64,000 nucleotides of DNA from Podarcis cretensis. Its lineage: Eukaryota. Positions 1 through 13,011 of the stretch are shown one piece after another. The translations under genes and the position numbers were made by a program. Position 1 is the stretch's first letter, and every line of letters begins with the position of its first letter. Below the pieces are notes generated by a model. It was not told the DNA's origin. It made no database searches and saw only the letters and a list, made by a program, of their open reading frames with translations. The stretch is taken from NCBI GenBank assembly GCA_951804945.1, contig OX638153.1:50778001-50842000 (forward strand), written 5' to 3'.

Positions 1-913
1 GCTCCCTCCTCTCCTTTTATTTTCCAACTGATACTTAACATATTCAGTTCCCTTTAGAATGTTTTTGGAAGGGATTCTGAGCTTTTAAAACATTTTGTAA
101 TTTTATATAGCCGGAGATTAATCCAAGCATGTAGATACCTCCCTCCTAATTCACAATGGCCCTGTTTTGACTCCAATCCTGTTGACATTCAGCACTTGCC
201 ATTGTTATTAGATGGTGATGATAATCATAACAATTGCAGCAGCAATAGAAAGATCATTTCAGATCACATTTAGATTTAACTGATTAATGGGGGTTTGAAA
301 TAAAGCCAGAAAAAGGCCAGTCAGTCTTAAAAAATAAATTCTCTAACCTGACAATTCCACTACTGCTAATCATGCTCAGTCCTCTTTGGGATAGTCCCCC
401 CAGTTTTAGTACAAAATATTTGTGCTTGTGCAAACTTTGGAGTTCCCCACACTTTGTGGATGGCCCTCATGTTTTTAAACAGCTCTGTTCCAGCTCCAAT
501 TCTATTGATATCTATCATCTAAATTCCCTGTGTCAGGCACATCAAGAATAGAATAACATAATAAAGGACCAATACACAAGTAAACTGTGTTCACTCCCTT
601 TGAATCACATATGAAATGCAGCTTGCCAGCTTTACTGTTGATTCAAACTACCTTGTAGACACTTCCTGCCACTTATTTAGAGATGTTTCAGACTTTTTAT
701 TCCTATTCAAATCTCTCCCTGCTCTTTCTTCCTGAACAAATTGTGTTTGCTTCTAGTCCCTTTTTCCTCATTTCTCTGTTCTACCTTTTGGGGTAATTTA
801 GCTCCTTGGCTTCCTCAACACTTGCTTACCAACCTGAATGAGAAGTGTTCTAGCACCATTTCCCTAGGATCAATACCAACTTAAAACAGTAAGAATTGGA
901 GTAGTTTCTTAAA

Positions 914-1265
914 GGTAAAGGTAAAGGTACCTCTGCCCGTCCGGGCCAGTCGTGTCCGACTCTAGGGTTGTGCGCCCATCTCACTTAAGAGGCCAGCGCT
1001 GTCCGCAGACACTTCCAGGTCACGTGGCCAGTGTGACAAGCTGCATCTGGCGAACCAGCGCAGCACACGGAAACGCCATTTACCTTCCCGCTAGTAAGCG
1101 GTCCCTATTTATCTACTTGCACCCGGGGGTGCTTTCGAACTGCTAGGTTGGCAGGCGCTGGGACCGAGCAACGGGAGTGCACCCCGCCGTGGGGGTTCGA
1201 ACCGCTGACCTGACAATCGGCAAGTCCTAGGCGCTGAGATTTATCCACAGCACCACCCGCGTCCC
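914..1265 (-). mobile_element. Sauria SINE, full length
   Basis: tRNA-like head (GGGACGCGGGTGG..., B box GGTTCGAAC), core CCTGCCAACCTAGCAGTTCGAAAGCAC, (ACCTTT)n tail. TSD agtagtttcttaaa at 900-913 and 1272-1285. Confidence 0.92.
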
Positions 1266-1552
1266 TTCAATAGTAGTTTCTTAAATAGTGCAATTCTATA
1301 GATGCCTGCTTCTAAGGTCGTCTCAACTGAGACCATTAGCTATGCGTGCTGGGACTGACAGTAGTTGCTGGCTGTGTACAAACATCAGTTTAAGGTGGAT
1401 TCAATGAATTTCATCTGTGCTTGTTTTTCACATTGTATACATAACACTGTCCTCATCCAAGTGGCAGCCCACACTCCCCATCCCCCACATTTTATTTGGA
1501 TTTTTCTGCTTTGCTAATAATGTAGTAAGGAAATACATCCAACATAAAATTA

Positions 1553-1812
1553 CCGTATTTTTTCGCTCTATAAGACGCACCAGACCACAAGGCGCACCTA
1601 GTTTTTGGAGGAGGAAAACAAGAAAAAAGATATTCTGAATTTCAGAAGCCAAAACAGCAGGAGGGATCGCTACGCAGTGAAAGCAGCAATCCCTCTTGCT
1701 GTTCTGGCTTCTGGGATAGCTGTGCAGCCTACATTCGCTCCATAAGATGCACACACATTTCCCCTTACTTTTTAGGAGGGAAAAAGTGAGTCTTATAGAG
1801 CAAAAAATACGG
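1553..1812. mobile_element. Tc1/mariner (Tc2/pogo-like) MITE
   Basis: TIRs CCGTATTTTTTCGCTCTATAAGAC / GTCTTATAGAGCAAAAAATACGG flanked by TA. Confidence 0.85.
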
Positions 1813-3858
1813 TATATGTTACTTAACTGTGGATGTACTGAAGCACATTGTGACGGGTGTCAGGGTGGGTTTACATGTGGGCTGACGTTTTGCTAGGTGC
1901 CATCAATCACCACACTCCCTACTTCCATTGGTGAGGTTCTTCTTGCTGGTTGGTTTGGTGCAACACACATGATATTTAAAAGCTGTTTTGTGGAAGCCTG
2001 GTATGTCAGAAAACTTGTATGTCATGAAATTTTGCATGTATCTCATGCAGAGAGTGCATGCCAACAATGGACCTCAGGTTTCCAAACCTAAGTGTGTCAC
2101 ACATTTTTTTTATTTTTATTTTATTTTATTTAACCCACTGTTTTGTGTACGTACTGTTTGAGCTACATCAGAAAAATTGTTATCTTTAAAAAAAGGCATC
2201 TGGTAAACAGATGTATACACTCGTTCCCACAATGGCCCTCAATTTCTGAAACCCAGGAAGGGTGGGGAAGTACTAACTGAGGGGAGGGGACAACACACAG
2301 TGTGACTACATCCCATCAAGCACTGCCCACCAGTGTAAGATGGAAACATGACAGTTGAAAGTGCTTGTGTGTGGATGAAGAAAAAGCACACAAAATTGCA
2401 CATGAAAAATTCTATCTGTGTTACCCATGTGCACATTAATACTTTGGTGTGTATATAGCCATAGGCAAACACCATCCTTTGCTATTCCTGGTGAACAGTA
2501 TTGCAGCCTTAGTTACTATTTTTAAACTCCTTAGTTTCTTGCTGCCTGATTGGTATTTAGCAACATATTTATTATACAGGAGTATAATACAGGAGTGACA
2601 AATGCCCTTTAAACACTGTTCTCTGATTGTGGTCTCTAGTGTCAGTTCTTCTATGCACTCTGGTGATCAAAGGCCCAATCAATTTGCCAACATGTGTTCT
2701 GAGCCTTTTAACTCATGAGCAGCACAGCCTCCCATTGTCCCTGATTATGGTTTCCCCCTCCTGCTTCCAGTCCAGTGACATATGCTTCTATTTGTGTAAA
2801 CAAGGACTAAGATTCTGTGATTTATCCTTGAGAGATAATATCGTGGAGGAACACATATCTCTGTCTCTTTCAAAGAATGGGTCCCAGAGCTGTTAGACCT
2901 CTTTCTCTTTCTTACATAACTTCAGAAATTTATGATTTCATCTATTTCATGGATGACATCTGAACTTCAGACTTGATTGGACTCAGTCTAGTCCAAGTAT
3001 CTTCAAACTTTTCACACCCAGGGTCCTCTTTTAACCCAAACATGTATTTGGGGACCCATTTTTAATATTTTACTATATATTTGCATGGTGGCAGTTCTCT
3101 TGCTGCGACCCACTAGCAGGCCCTGACCCACCAGTTGATACAGCAGTTGTATATAGAAGGATCACCATAAGGTTTAATAAACCTCTGATTTCTCTTTCCT
3201 GTGCATGGTCTGTGCATGCATGCATGCATGCCCCAAATCATATCATTATGGGGAATGGGAATCCTGTTCACCCATCTTCCATATTTCCATATAGTTGTTC
3301 TCCTCCACAATTCTCTCCAGTAATGCAAGTTTGTAGCTAAGTGCAAATGCTCTCTACTATGTCCTGCAACCACACATGGTTGGAGGACTCTTAGTGGACT
3401 GGATTACACCCAGTCTAATTTAGTACTATATGGTACCATCCATATAATGTGATTCTTACCCTTTGGAAATATATAGCAAAGTTAAATGAAAGTCACTTGA
3501 AGACTCAATGGAATTAACATTTGTGAAACATTGCTTACAACCTTTTTATACTGCACTAGTTTCTAATTGCCTGATTTCTTCCCTTGTCTTGTAATCAATG
3601 TTAACTAGAAAAGTTAATACGTTTTGCAAAAGAAAATTCATTAGCATTTAATTTAGATCTCTTCTTCTGTCCCCTATATAGCAATCTTTACAAAGCTTTA
3701 AAAGTCTACAAGGTTAAAACAACAAAAAGTTTTGCAAAAGGTTAGACAGTGTTATAAAACATTCTCTCACAAACTCTTTCAGCAACATTCTATAGTTCAA
3801 TGCCCCCACCCCTGGACCAAGAACTTTTTAGACTAGCATTAAAAAAAAGTGGCTATGC

Positions 3859-3860
<2 letters not shown>

Positions 3861-3901
<41 letters not shown>
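3861..3901. repeat. (TA)n microsatellite
   Basis: About 20 perfect TA units. Confidence 0.95.
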
Positions 3902-3904
<3 letters not shown>

Positions 3905-4219
3905 AGGATATATAGCTATATTTTATACTTTCATTTACAGTTCTCCCCAAATATTGTGGCCTTTACTTAGAAAATTAGTTGTTCATATGTTCCGCTGAAA
4001 TAAACAGGATACTTTTCAATGAGACTTCAGTAAAACTAACTTTCTCTGGGTTTGAGTATCTGTTTTATGTTACATAGTAAGCATTCATAATCTAGGCATT
4101 CTCATATCTATAAAGCTGCCCAATAGACAATATTATATATAGACAATTGCCTGAATTTTTCAGTGTTATCACTTTAGTTCTCCAACATGCCTCTCCTTAT
4201 AAAATTAAGACCAATTGCA

Positions 4220-4605
4220 GTAACAGAGAGGGCCCACTCCCGACCTCAGCCCACCTGAGCTGCGCACAAGCAGGTGGAGACTATGCCTGTATGTAACCTG
4301 TTTCTGCTCCTCCTGCTTCAATTCTCTGCTGGTTCTAGGAGACAGTGGAGCATGAAAGGTGGGGGCAGGAGGTGGTGGTAAGCTCTTGACTCTACACCAG
4401 CCTGACCTATCTCTCCCTCCTCCTGCACCTATTCTTCACTCGCCATTCCTGCAGCTTCAACTGCCTCTGACTCTTGTCTCCTGGCTGTTACAGGCTCTCC
4501 CAGGTCACTGATCCCTTCTTCCTAGTCAGATGCCAACCCCCTTCTCCCGGTGCCCATTCATCCGTATCCAGTCACCACTCCTCAGCGTCCAGTCAGTCCC
4601 TGACA
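4220..4605 (-). mobile_element. Degenerate LTR-like repeat (putative solo LTR)
   Basis: Minus strand begins TGTCAGGGACTGACTGGACGCTGAGGAGTGGTG. It is related to 21860-21983 (both give an HHSSASSQS motif in the ORF track). Left boundary uncertain. Confidence 0.45.
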
Positions 4606-4614
4606 CTGCAGAGT

Positions 4615-5230
4615 GCCTTTTATCTGCCTTGGCTGGTGTCACAGCTGCACCCCTATCTGGACAGGGATAACCTAACTTCTAACATCTATTCTCTGGTAAC
4701 CTCTGGGTTAGATTACCGCAAAACATTATATGTGGGGCTGCCTCTGAAGACGGTTCAGAAACTGGCAATTAGTTTTCAATTCAAAGGTCCAATTCAAAGT
4801 GCTGGTTTTAACCTACAGAGCCTTCAACAGCTCAGGGCTGCAATACCTCAAGGATCACCCTCCCCATATGAACTGATACTCTTCTTCGTGTGCCCCCTCC
4901 ATAATATGTCCTGAACATGGAAACACAAGTGTACCTTTTCTGTGGTGGCTCCCCACTTGCGGAATGCTCTTCCCAGGGAGGCTCACCTGGCACTTTCATT
5001 ACATATCTTTAGGCACCAGGCAAAAACATTCCTCTTCTCCATGTTCTTCCTCTATGATTCCCAGGCCTTTGGCTTATTAAAAAATCTATGGCTTTAAAAA
5101 ATGTGTGGGAGGGAGTTACTGTTTTTGTTCATTATTATGGCATGTATTTTTGTGTTTTAATATTACAAACCACCCTGTGATCTTTGGATGAAGTGTGACA
5201 TAGAACTTAAATTAATTGATTGATTAATAA
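4615..5230 (+). mobile_element. L2 LINE 3' fragment, degenerate
   Basis: Translates to LHPYLDR..LVTSGLDY..LYVGLPLKTVQKL, homologous to the C-terminus of the L2 ORF at 42180-42330. Confidence 0.8.
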
Positions 5231-6962
5231 TTGTTGGGGGAAAGATGGGTGGCCCACTAACAAGTGAATTATAGTGAATAAAGTATTATAACGAGACATT
5301 GTGGAAAACATGATGTTCTGCTGATAGCAAGGCTACTGTTGCTTGCAGCATTAACCAAACAACTTTATAAAAGGGAGGAGGCACTGCGTGACGCAGTAAC
5401 TCCCCACTTGTAAATTTTCTGCCATCATCTCCTCTGGAAAAAAAAAAATCAATGAAATCTTTCCTTCCACATGCACTACATAGCTTATGTAGGGAGTTGC
5501 ACTACAATCTGAATTTACTTGAACAGAATTGTTGGTGCAACCCAAGAAACAGTAGATAGAAAAGCCACTACTTCCTTATAATAAAAAATATGCACTTAAG
5601 GTCTACTGTGAAACCCAAGTGAGCTTAGTTTTGAAAATAAAACCTTGCTACCAGTTCTTAGAGCCAGTGGCACCACAGGAAACAATGTCTTTTCAACTTA
5701 TTCTCTGCAAAATTTCTGAACATTAAAGCTGACAATGAAAGCAGCGAGTCTTCCCATGGTATCATACACTTATACTGCAATCCTTCACATTTCTACTCAA
5801 AGTAAGCCACATTGGGCTCAACAGAGCAGACTCCCTGGTTAATGGATTTATGTCTGCACCCCTGGTGAAAATACTAAGCTGGCAGCTGAACTGTTTACTG
5901 AGAGACTTGTCAGAGGAGCAGTTCAAAACAGGGGATAAACCAAATTTATACAAACATTTAAATATTGTTCTTGTAAACTTTATATACACCCTGAACAATA
6001 ATCAGAAGAAGAAAATGTGGGTCATTCACTTAAAGAAAGAAAAGAGCAGTAATCATGGGTCCCTCTTTCAACCCTTCAGGATACACCTTCCACTTACAAT
6101 AGAAGCAAATTGATTGCTTTGCAAGTAATATCACTGCAATTGATTTTTCCCCCATACCACCTCACTGGCACAGACAAACACAATTTTTAAGAAGTATTTT
6201 CTAAACAAATGCAGGGTTTTTTATAGTGAATATACATGAATTTAAATTAACTTTATTAGGTTAGAAAAATCAGTGTAATCATTTCACAAAAAGTGCTTAA
6301 TCAGCTTAGGGAGGTTATTACAGGCACAGTATGCATTAAGCAGCATTTCCCCCTTTTGTAATAGCTATGGGAAAAGTAGGAGCCGAGGGGGGGGGGGGTG
6401 GAATCCATTTCCATTGATGCACAAGAGATTAACCACTTGAATACTTCCTAATATATGGGTTGTATAAGGTCAGGCGGAGAAACAACCATCTAGAGCTATT
6501 CATGACTATTTTCACTCAAGAACCGCAGCTAACCATTCTTAGGGTGTTATTGAACATCACTAGCTTTGCAGTATGACTGCTGTGTTTTGAATAAGCAGTC
6601 AAAAATAATAATGTCACATTAACATCAATAGAAACTTTAGAGGAACCACTGGGAGAACAAACCCAAAATTTCATTCAAATCATTAGTACACTATAACAAA
6701 TACTCCCATTTCTTATATGTCATCGATATGCACAATTTTGCTATTGTGGATCCTCCAGTAATATCCTAGAGGAATATACTCTATCCTTATTCCTTCCTCT
6801 CCATCACTTTGAAATGAATGCTTATAAATATTTAGGGCTGTGGTATGAAAACAAACATTTCCTCGAGGAAATGCTTAATATCCTGTCTTATTCTCTTAAC
6901 CAATGTAAATATTATTTTAAAACAGCCAGGAGGATTTTAATGCACGGACACTGCCTTGAAGC

Positions 6963-7153
6963 CAGTGGCATAGCGTGGGGGGTGCAGGGGGGGCCGGCCG
7001 CACCGGGCGCAACATCTGGGGGGTAGGGTTAGGGGGCGCAAATCCACGGGTTAGAGGGCGCAAATCCACGGGTTAGGGGGCGCAAATCCACGGGTTAGGG
7101 GGCGCAAATTACTTGCCTTGCCCCGGGTGCTGACAACCCACGCTACGCCACTG
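6963..7153. mobile_element. hAT MITE with internal 22-bp G-rich tandem repeat
   Basis: TIR CAGTGGCATAGCGTGGG / CCCACGCTACGCCACTG. Perfect 8-bp TSD cttgaagc (6955-6962, 7154-7161). Confidence 0.9.
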
Positions 7154-9734
7154 CTTGAAGCAGATCCCTGGTGTCCTCTTCTGATAGCTAGAGTGACCAT
7201 CCCCTGAAGTACTTGACAAGGCCAAGGGCTGAGAAGGGCTGATCACTGGACAGCCCAAACCATATATATATATCTATATTTACAAAAAGAATTCTGAGCA
7301 AAAATTATCAACCATGACCTTCCTAGCTTTCCATGGCCCAGTACATCATGAGTATGAATTATTAATGCTTTAAGGTACAGCCAAGATCTCACAGCACACC
7401 CTTATGGCCTGAGTTACCAGCCACATCCTTTGTTTTGGAATGAAAGTAAAATCTATAATTGATTAGATTTGCTATTAAACATTAAATGTGATAGCTACAT
7501 TTTACTTAATCGCATAAATGAAATAAACATTGCAGAAGCAAATCTCAGTATACGCTTGTAAAATATCACAGCTATATCTTTCATATGAAATACAGTATGT
7601 ACATATATATATATCCATTATGTTCTAGAAATCAGCAATGGATCATGTCTTGGTCTGGGTGAGGGAGAACCCAAAGCGATCAGTACATTAGTTTGTGAAG
7701 ATCTTATCTCAGGCATTCAAATGATATACAAATTAAAACAGTGTGTGATTGGAGACTAATTATTTCTCAATTAGGTGTTTTGTTTTTAAAACATCACCTG
7801 AACTATGAACAGTATTCCCACTCCCTGACAAACTGTTTTAAATATGTTAATTTTTGTACAGTCACCCAAGAGATAGAGAATGATTGGACTGTGAAAGAAA
7901 ACTATAATGTCCCCCAAGCAAATTTATTCAGATGTATCAAACCTTTTAATACCTCACAGTTTCCCAACCAAATTGCTCTATTTCCAAACAACCACCACCA
8001 GAATTTTCTCTTTATATCCAACTGCACTTATTTCCTGTTTTCCAACTAACATTAGTTACAATTTATGTTATAGCAACATTTTGTACTATGTAATGGTGAA
8101 TAATATCTTGAAAATATTTTAAGTTAAATTTTACTTTAAACTTTTTCTGTTTAGAACTATCCAAAGCTAAAATGAAAGCAAAGTTAAATGCAGTGAAATA
8201 TCCAGAATTTAAATTTAAAAAACCCCCAAAGTTCTCAATTTGATGCTTAAAGAATATAAATTTTGGTACTTTACAAAGCTATCTAAAAAATAATATTCCA
8301 TAAAATAATGTAAATGTATCCTAAATCCATTTGAGTTTATTTAAAATGACAGGATTTGAAGACTTCTGAACAGAGTCAACAACTATTGGCTTAAAGGTTG
8401 TCCCATACATCAAAGGAATGTTCAAGTCTTATGTGAAGTATCAAGCCCAAAGAACTATTCTGAGGGCTCTATGTCCTGTTTTTATTAGAATTCATTTTCT
8501 ACCCTTATTTTACAACAGATTTTACATTTACTAAAATGATATATTCAGAATAGTTTTTTAAAAAATTAATGTGCCATGCCACAATGTTGTCAATGCCCAA
8601 TCAATATTTCAAGATTTATAATATTCGCATACAGCCATATTACAAACAGTCACCCTGGAAGCCATTAAGGTGTTTAGAAAATTGAACCTTGAACAGTAAA
8701 TCACTGTTATTACATTACTTACATTGCTGTGAATGGCTCTATTTGCAGCCTCTTGAGCATGTATGTGTGTATGCATGTATTTCTTCTATATGAAAATAAG
8801 AAACAGCCTTAAGCCTTAGCATATGAAATGGTTCATGTTCTTCTTCAGCAATTGACCTAATATCTGCTTGTGTTACATGAATGAATGAAAAAGGTTCAGT
8901 TCTTCAGAAGTTTTTTGGTTAGGGGTTTCCAAATCTACTGAAAATCTGCCTTAATGGACAGTGAATTCAGTGTTGTAAGTATATTTGTTGTTAACAATTT
9001 AAAATATATATTTGCAGAAATCAAGCCAATAGATCTGTAAGACAGTTTATCACAGAGTCACTGGGCTGGCGCAGACCACAGGTGATCAAGTTCAAGTTTC
9101 CATTCAGAGAGGGGATTATTGGAGAAAATACAAGTTGCAAAAAGGTTTATAAGTTAAACTGTCTGCTACAGGTTTTGGAAATAAAAGCTTAGCAAAAGCA
9201 GGTGGGTGGGCATTGGGTCTCACCTAACCCAAGTATTCCAAGGTCATCAGCATCAGCCTTCCACCACAAGGTTAGACACTTCCATATACTAAGCCCCTTC
9301 CTTCAGCTCCTCAGATTAACATTCATAATCCAATTTTAGGTATGTCATAAGTAGTTAGCCAATAAATACACTTTCATTCACAGCTGTGCAAATAGATATT
9401 GATGAATCAAGCAACTGAGCAAAGCCACATTGACAAAAGTCTCAAAACATCATGAAAGAACAGTTACCGATTCCAAATGCAGCACACATTCATACCCAGA
9501 GCACAAATCATGAAGGCCCAATTTAAACAATACTTATTCTACACACACACACTTTTCTATATGTGCCAAGCCTGGTAGCAGGTTTTGGCCTCACATACCA
9601 TTGTTGTGCCTCCCTCTCTCCCGGCAAGTTATAAATGGTAACACCCAAACCAGATCAGTGAAGACCTCTTGTTTAAATAAATGGGGCATAGCAACTTTGC
9701 TTGTTTCATGTCCTACATCAATTCCTGGATAGTG

Positions 9735-10110
9735 ATAGTGACCACATGCTTTGTGTGGAGGTGCCCTTAAACATGCCTTGGAAACTGCAATTGGTATGAA
9801 ACATGGCTGTTAGACTGTTATATGGTGCACTGAGTTAGTCATATAACAATGTTCTGTTCTGAACTGAAGGTGCTATGAAGTCCTTAACAACTTGGAAAAT
9901 AGATAAGTGAAGAAACACCTCTCTCAATACTGTCCTATCCAAGCAATGGTCTTTTCAGGGGCACCCCATATTTGAATGTTACATATGATATGGTTACAGA
10001 GGAAAGGGCTTTTTCTGTACTGGCACCTCACTTATAGAATTTTCTCCCCACTGAGAGCCACCTGGCAGCAATCTTGCCTTCATTTTGGCACCATGTTAAA
10101 ACTCCCAATT
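9735..10110 (+). mobile_element. Old L2 3' fragment
   Basis: Degenerate match to the L2 C-terminal region (tgtgtggaggtgcccttaaa..ttggaaactgcaattggta..; gggctttttctgtactggcacc). Confidence 0.55.
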
Positions 10111-11839
10111 TTACTTCTTAGATGTGTGGTTTGCATGGTCTACTTTGAAGACACCAGATGAAAAAACCTTTCACTGTAAAAGTTCTAAATGAAAATCCAT
10201 TGCTATCTGGGCTTTGTATTTTAAACCTGTTACTTAATCATACTGTTTAAAGGAGGAGAAAAATAATGTTGTCCTATTGTACTATTTTCGACAAAAAAGT
10301 CACATATCATTATGACATAATTTCTGCATGATTTCTGCAGAGGTTACACATTGTAAAATATTATATTGAAACCTCAGGGTAAGCAAGAGAGGACACTACT
10401 GAACTGAAGAAGAAAAAACTTCATTGGAAAGTTCTTTTTGCTGAAGAAAGCATTCTGAAATAGCTCTGAACCACTAATGTTCGAAACAATCATTTTTATG
10501 TTGTGTGTTCAACAGTGCAGAAAGAATTAAGACCAATACATGTTGAATTTTATTGCTGTGTTGTATATTGTTACACATCTGAAGTACATTGCCTTTGAAA
10601 CTGTGGGGGAGAAAACATATTTAACTTTTCTCTCCCATTTTAGTACATTTGTATTTTTAAAGTTTATACCAATGTCAAATTTTAACCTCGGTATTCATGT
10701 AAAGAGCTTTTGAGGAAGGCAGTATGCTTTCTGCATGTATTCATTCACCTATATACATGTAATTATATAGAACATATTCTAAATATATATAATATATAAG
10801 CAAGAAATACCTTCCATGCATGATTCTGCCATTTAATGAACACAAATTCCAGCTGCTAACTGATTAAATGATGACCTAACAAAAATCAGTTACTCTTTAG
10901 TGATCTTTTACCATCCTTGTACACATATATTTCCTGCAATCAAGTTCTTAGCCTTTGGATTGTTTGTTTTGAATTAACATAGCAATCACTCTCTGTCGCT
11001 GTCTTTCAGTCCATAGCAAGCTAATGCTATATGAAGACAGGTGATACAAAGATGATTCAAAAATACCCTAACCTAGTAGCAATATTTATAAACCAGCTCA
11101 TTATCTTATTCCTTGTGAATAGCTTATTTTTCCTACTGGAATGCCTCACTGCAGACATATCCCATATGACTGAAGGTGTTAAAAGTATCAAAAAGCGAAG
11201 GCCAGTATAAGGGTATTTTATTCCAGTACTGTTTTTCATGTTCATAACGTTCACATATCCATGGATACTCAAGAATGAGAGCAGAGATGTCATGGAGATA
11301 AAGTTAAACAAATATTTTCAACAGTAGTTACGAAGAAGGAGAAAGTAGCTAGATTAGTAGGTCAAAACAGAAAAGGGAGTGAAAGGTTTAATTACCTGGA
11401 TAAAATGCTACCTTTCTAAATGGGACAATATATATACCATGCAGATAAGATATTAAGGTAACATAAGCAGATCAGAAAGAATTAAAAGTACAGCTGACTT
11501 CATTTGGATTTTGGAGGTTAGACCATAGGAGACAGTGTGGTGCTAATGATGATGGCATTTGTAGTAATAAAATACAGTATCTTTCATTAGTTTTGCATAC
11601 TTTTTGAATGCCCCATGTACACTGGAGGTCCAAATGTCCCAAGAGTTGGCAAAGCTACGCTATCAAATGGCCTACATTGGATGTAACACTGAAATATGCT
11701 TTATGTGAACATGCAGAAGCAAGCCTTTGGGTTGGCCATTTCCCCTTAGCATTGATTTGAAGGATGCTGGAAACATCCACTTCCCAGTTTAAACTATTGT
11801 TGTGCTCAAACCTGCAGGAAAATGTAATTAGTTTAAGAC

Positions 11840-11937
11840 ACCCTTACCTAAGCTGGTGCCCCAGGTAGCATGTCAAATGCTCAGAGATTATGGGAGCTGT
11901 AGTCCAAAACATATCAAGGGCACCAGGTTGGGGAGGT
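11840..11937. mobile_element. Degenerate hAT (Charlie-like) MITE
   Basis: tgggagctgtagtccaaaacat..gggcaccaggttgggga, similar to 16346-16481. Confidence 0.55.
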
Positions 11938-12853
11938 CAAACAAGTCTAAATTAATCTGTGGTTTATGGTCATGGCTTGTTAACAAGCTATGATTTTGCA
12001 TTATATCTGAAACAGGGTTAATACCTGATGTCTCTGCCCATGGTGTCCACATACGAATTAGCTGTGCACACAGAATGGGAACAGTGTTTTTTAAAGAAAA
12101 TAAAATTAAGAATTTTAATTTTGGATCCAGTCATAAATGCCTGACTCATGGAGTCTGTTGTACATTTCTAAGTATCCCTGAGCCCAAGAACAAAGCAATA
12201 TTGACTTAAATACATATTTTAAGGATTGAACTTTTGGGCTTCAATCCTATACCACCTTACGTAGAAGTGGTAAGCCCCATCACACTTACCTCTGAGTAGG
12301 CATGTATATGTTTACACTGTCAGATGGCAAAAGAAGTATTAGAGAAGAGACACTGAAGCTAAATTTAAACATTGTGTTCATCTTAAATCAAATACTTCCA
12401 ACTTTGTTTTATTGTTATGGAATACTTGGGTCCATGTACTAAATAATTATATATTTTCATAATCTTTGTATATATTCCAACATGTATAAATAGGTAGGTG
12501 AAAGGTAAGGAGTTTTGTATCACAGAAGCAGCTAGGAACAACATGACTAAGCAGTTGTGTTTAAGTTTCCATTCTGTAGAAGTATAAACTTTTTTCTTTC
12601 AGCAATCAGGTCTCATTAATTCACAAGGTTTTCAGAGAACTACTTGTTTTTTTAAATGATCAAAAAAATAAACCATGCATTAAAAAAATATGAACCACAC
12701 AGATTTAACACTAAAGGAAACACCACAAGGCATTCACAATGACAGGGCCTTCCTCCATAGACAATACAGCCAGTTTTGCATTTCTGGTGGTCAGATCAGA
12801 GGAAAATGTTAATTTAATATAACAGAAGTATCATAGTTGTTATTTATACTAAC

Positions 12854-13011
12854 CTGTATTTTGATTGGCCATGAAAAGTTGCTGACATATACATAGAAAG
12901 TGATGTTTGGGTTGCTCCGAAAGTTGAATTTTTCACAGGAAAAACTATCTCTGTATTCCTTTATATTAGCCCTTGAAACTACAGGAATCTCTTCTCCTGA
13001 TATCGTTCCAG
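12854..13011 (-). CDS. ATRNL1: ATRNL1 coding exon (158 nt; (A)GTISGEEIPVVSRANIKEYRDSFSCEKFNFRSNPNITFYVYVSNFSWPIKIQ)
   Basis: ctctcatag|CTGGAACG...AAAATACAG|gttagt. In frame with the previous exon (G+CT=Ala). Last ectodomain exon before IAFSQ/transmembrane exons, which I did not find in the window. Confidence 0.95.

Noticed and set aside
1150-1265. tRNA-like A/B boxes
   Set aside because: These are the heads of Sauria SINEs, not tRNA genes.
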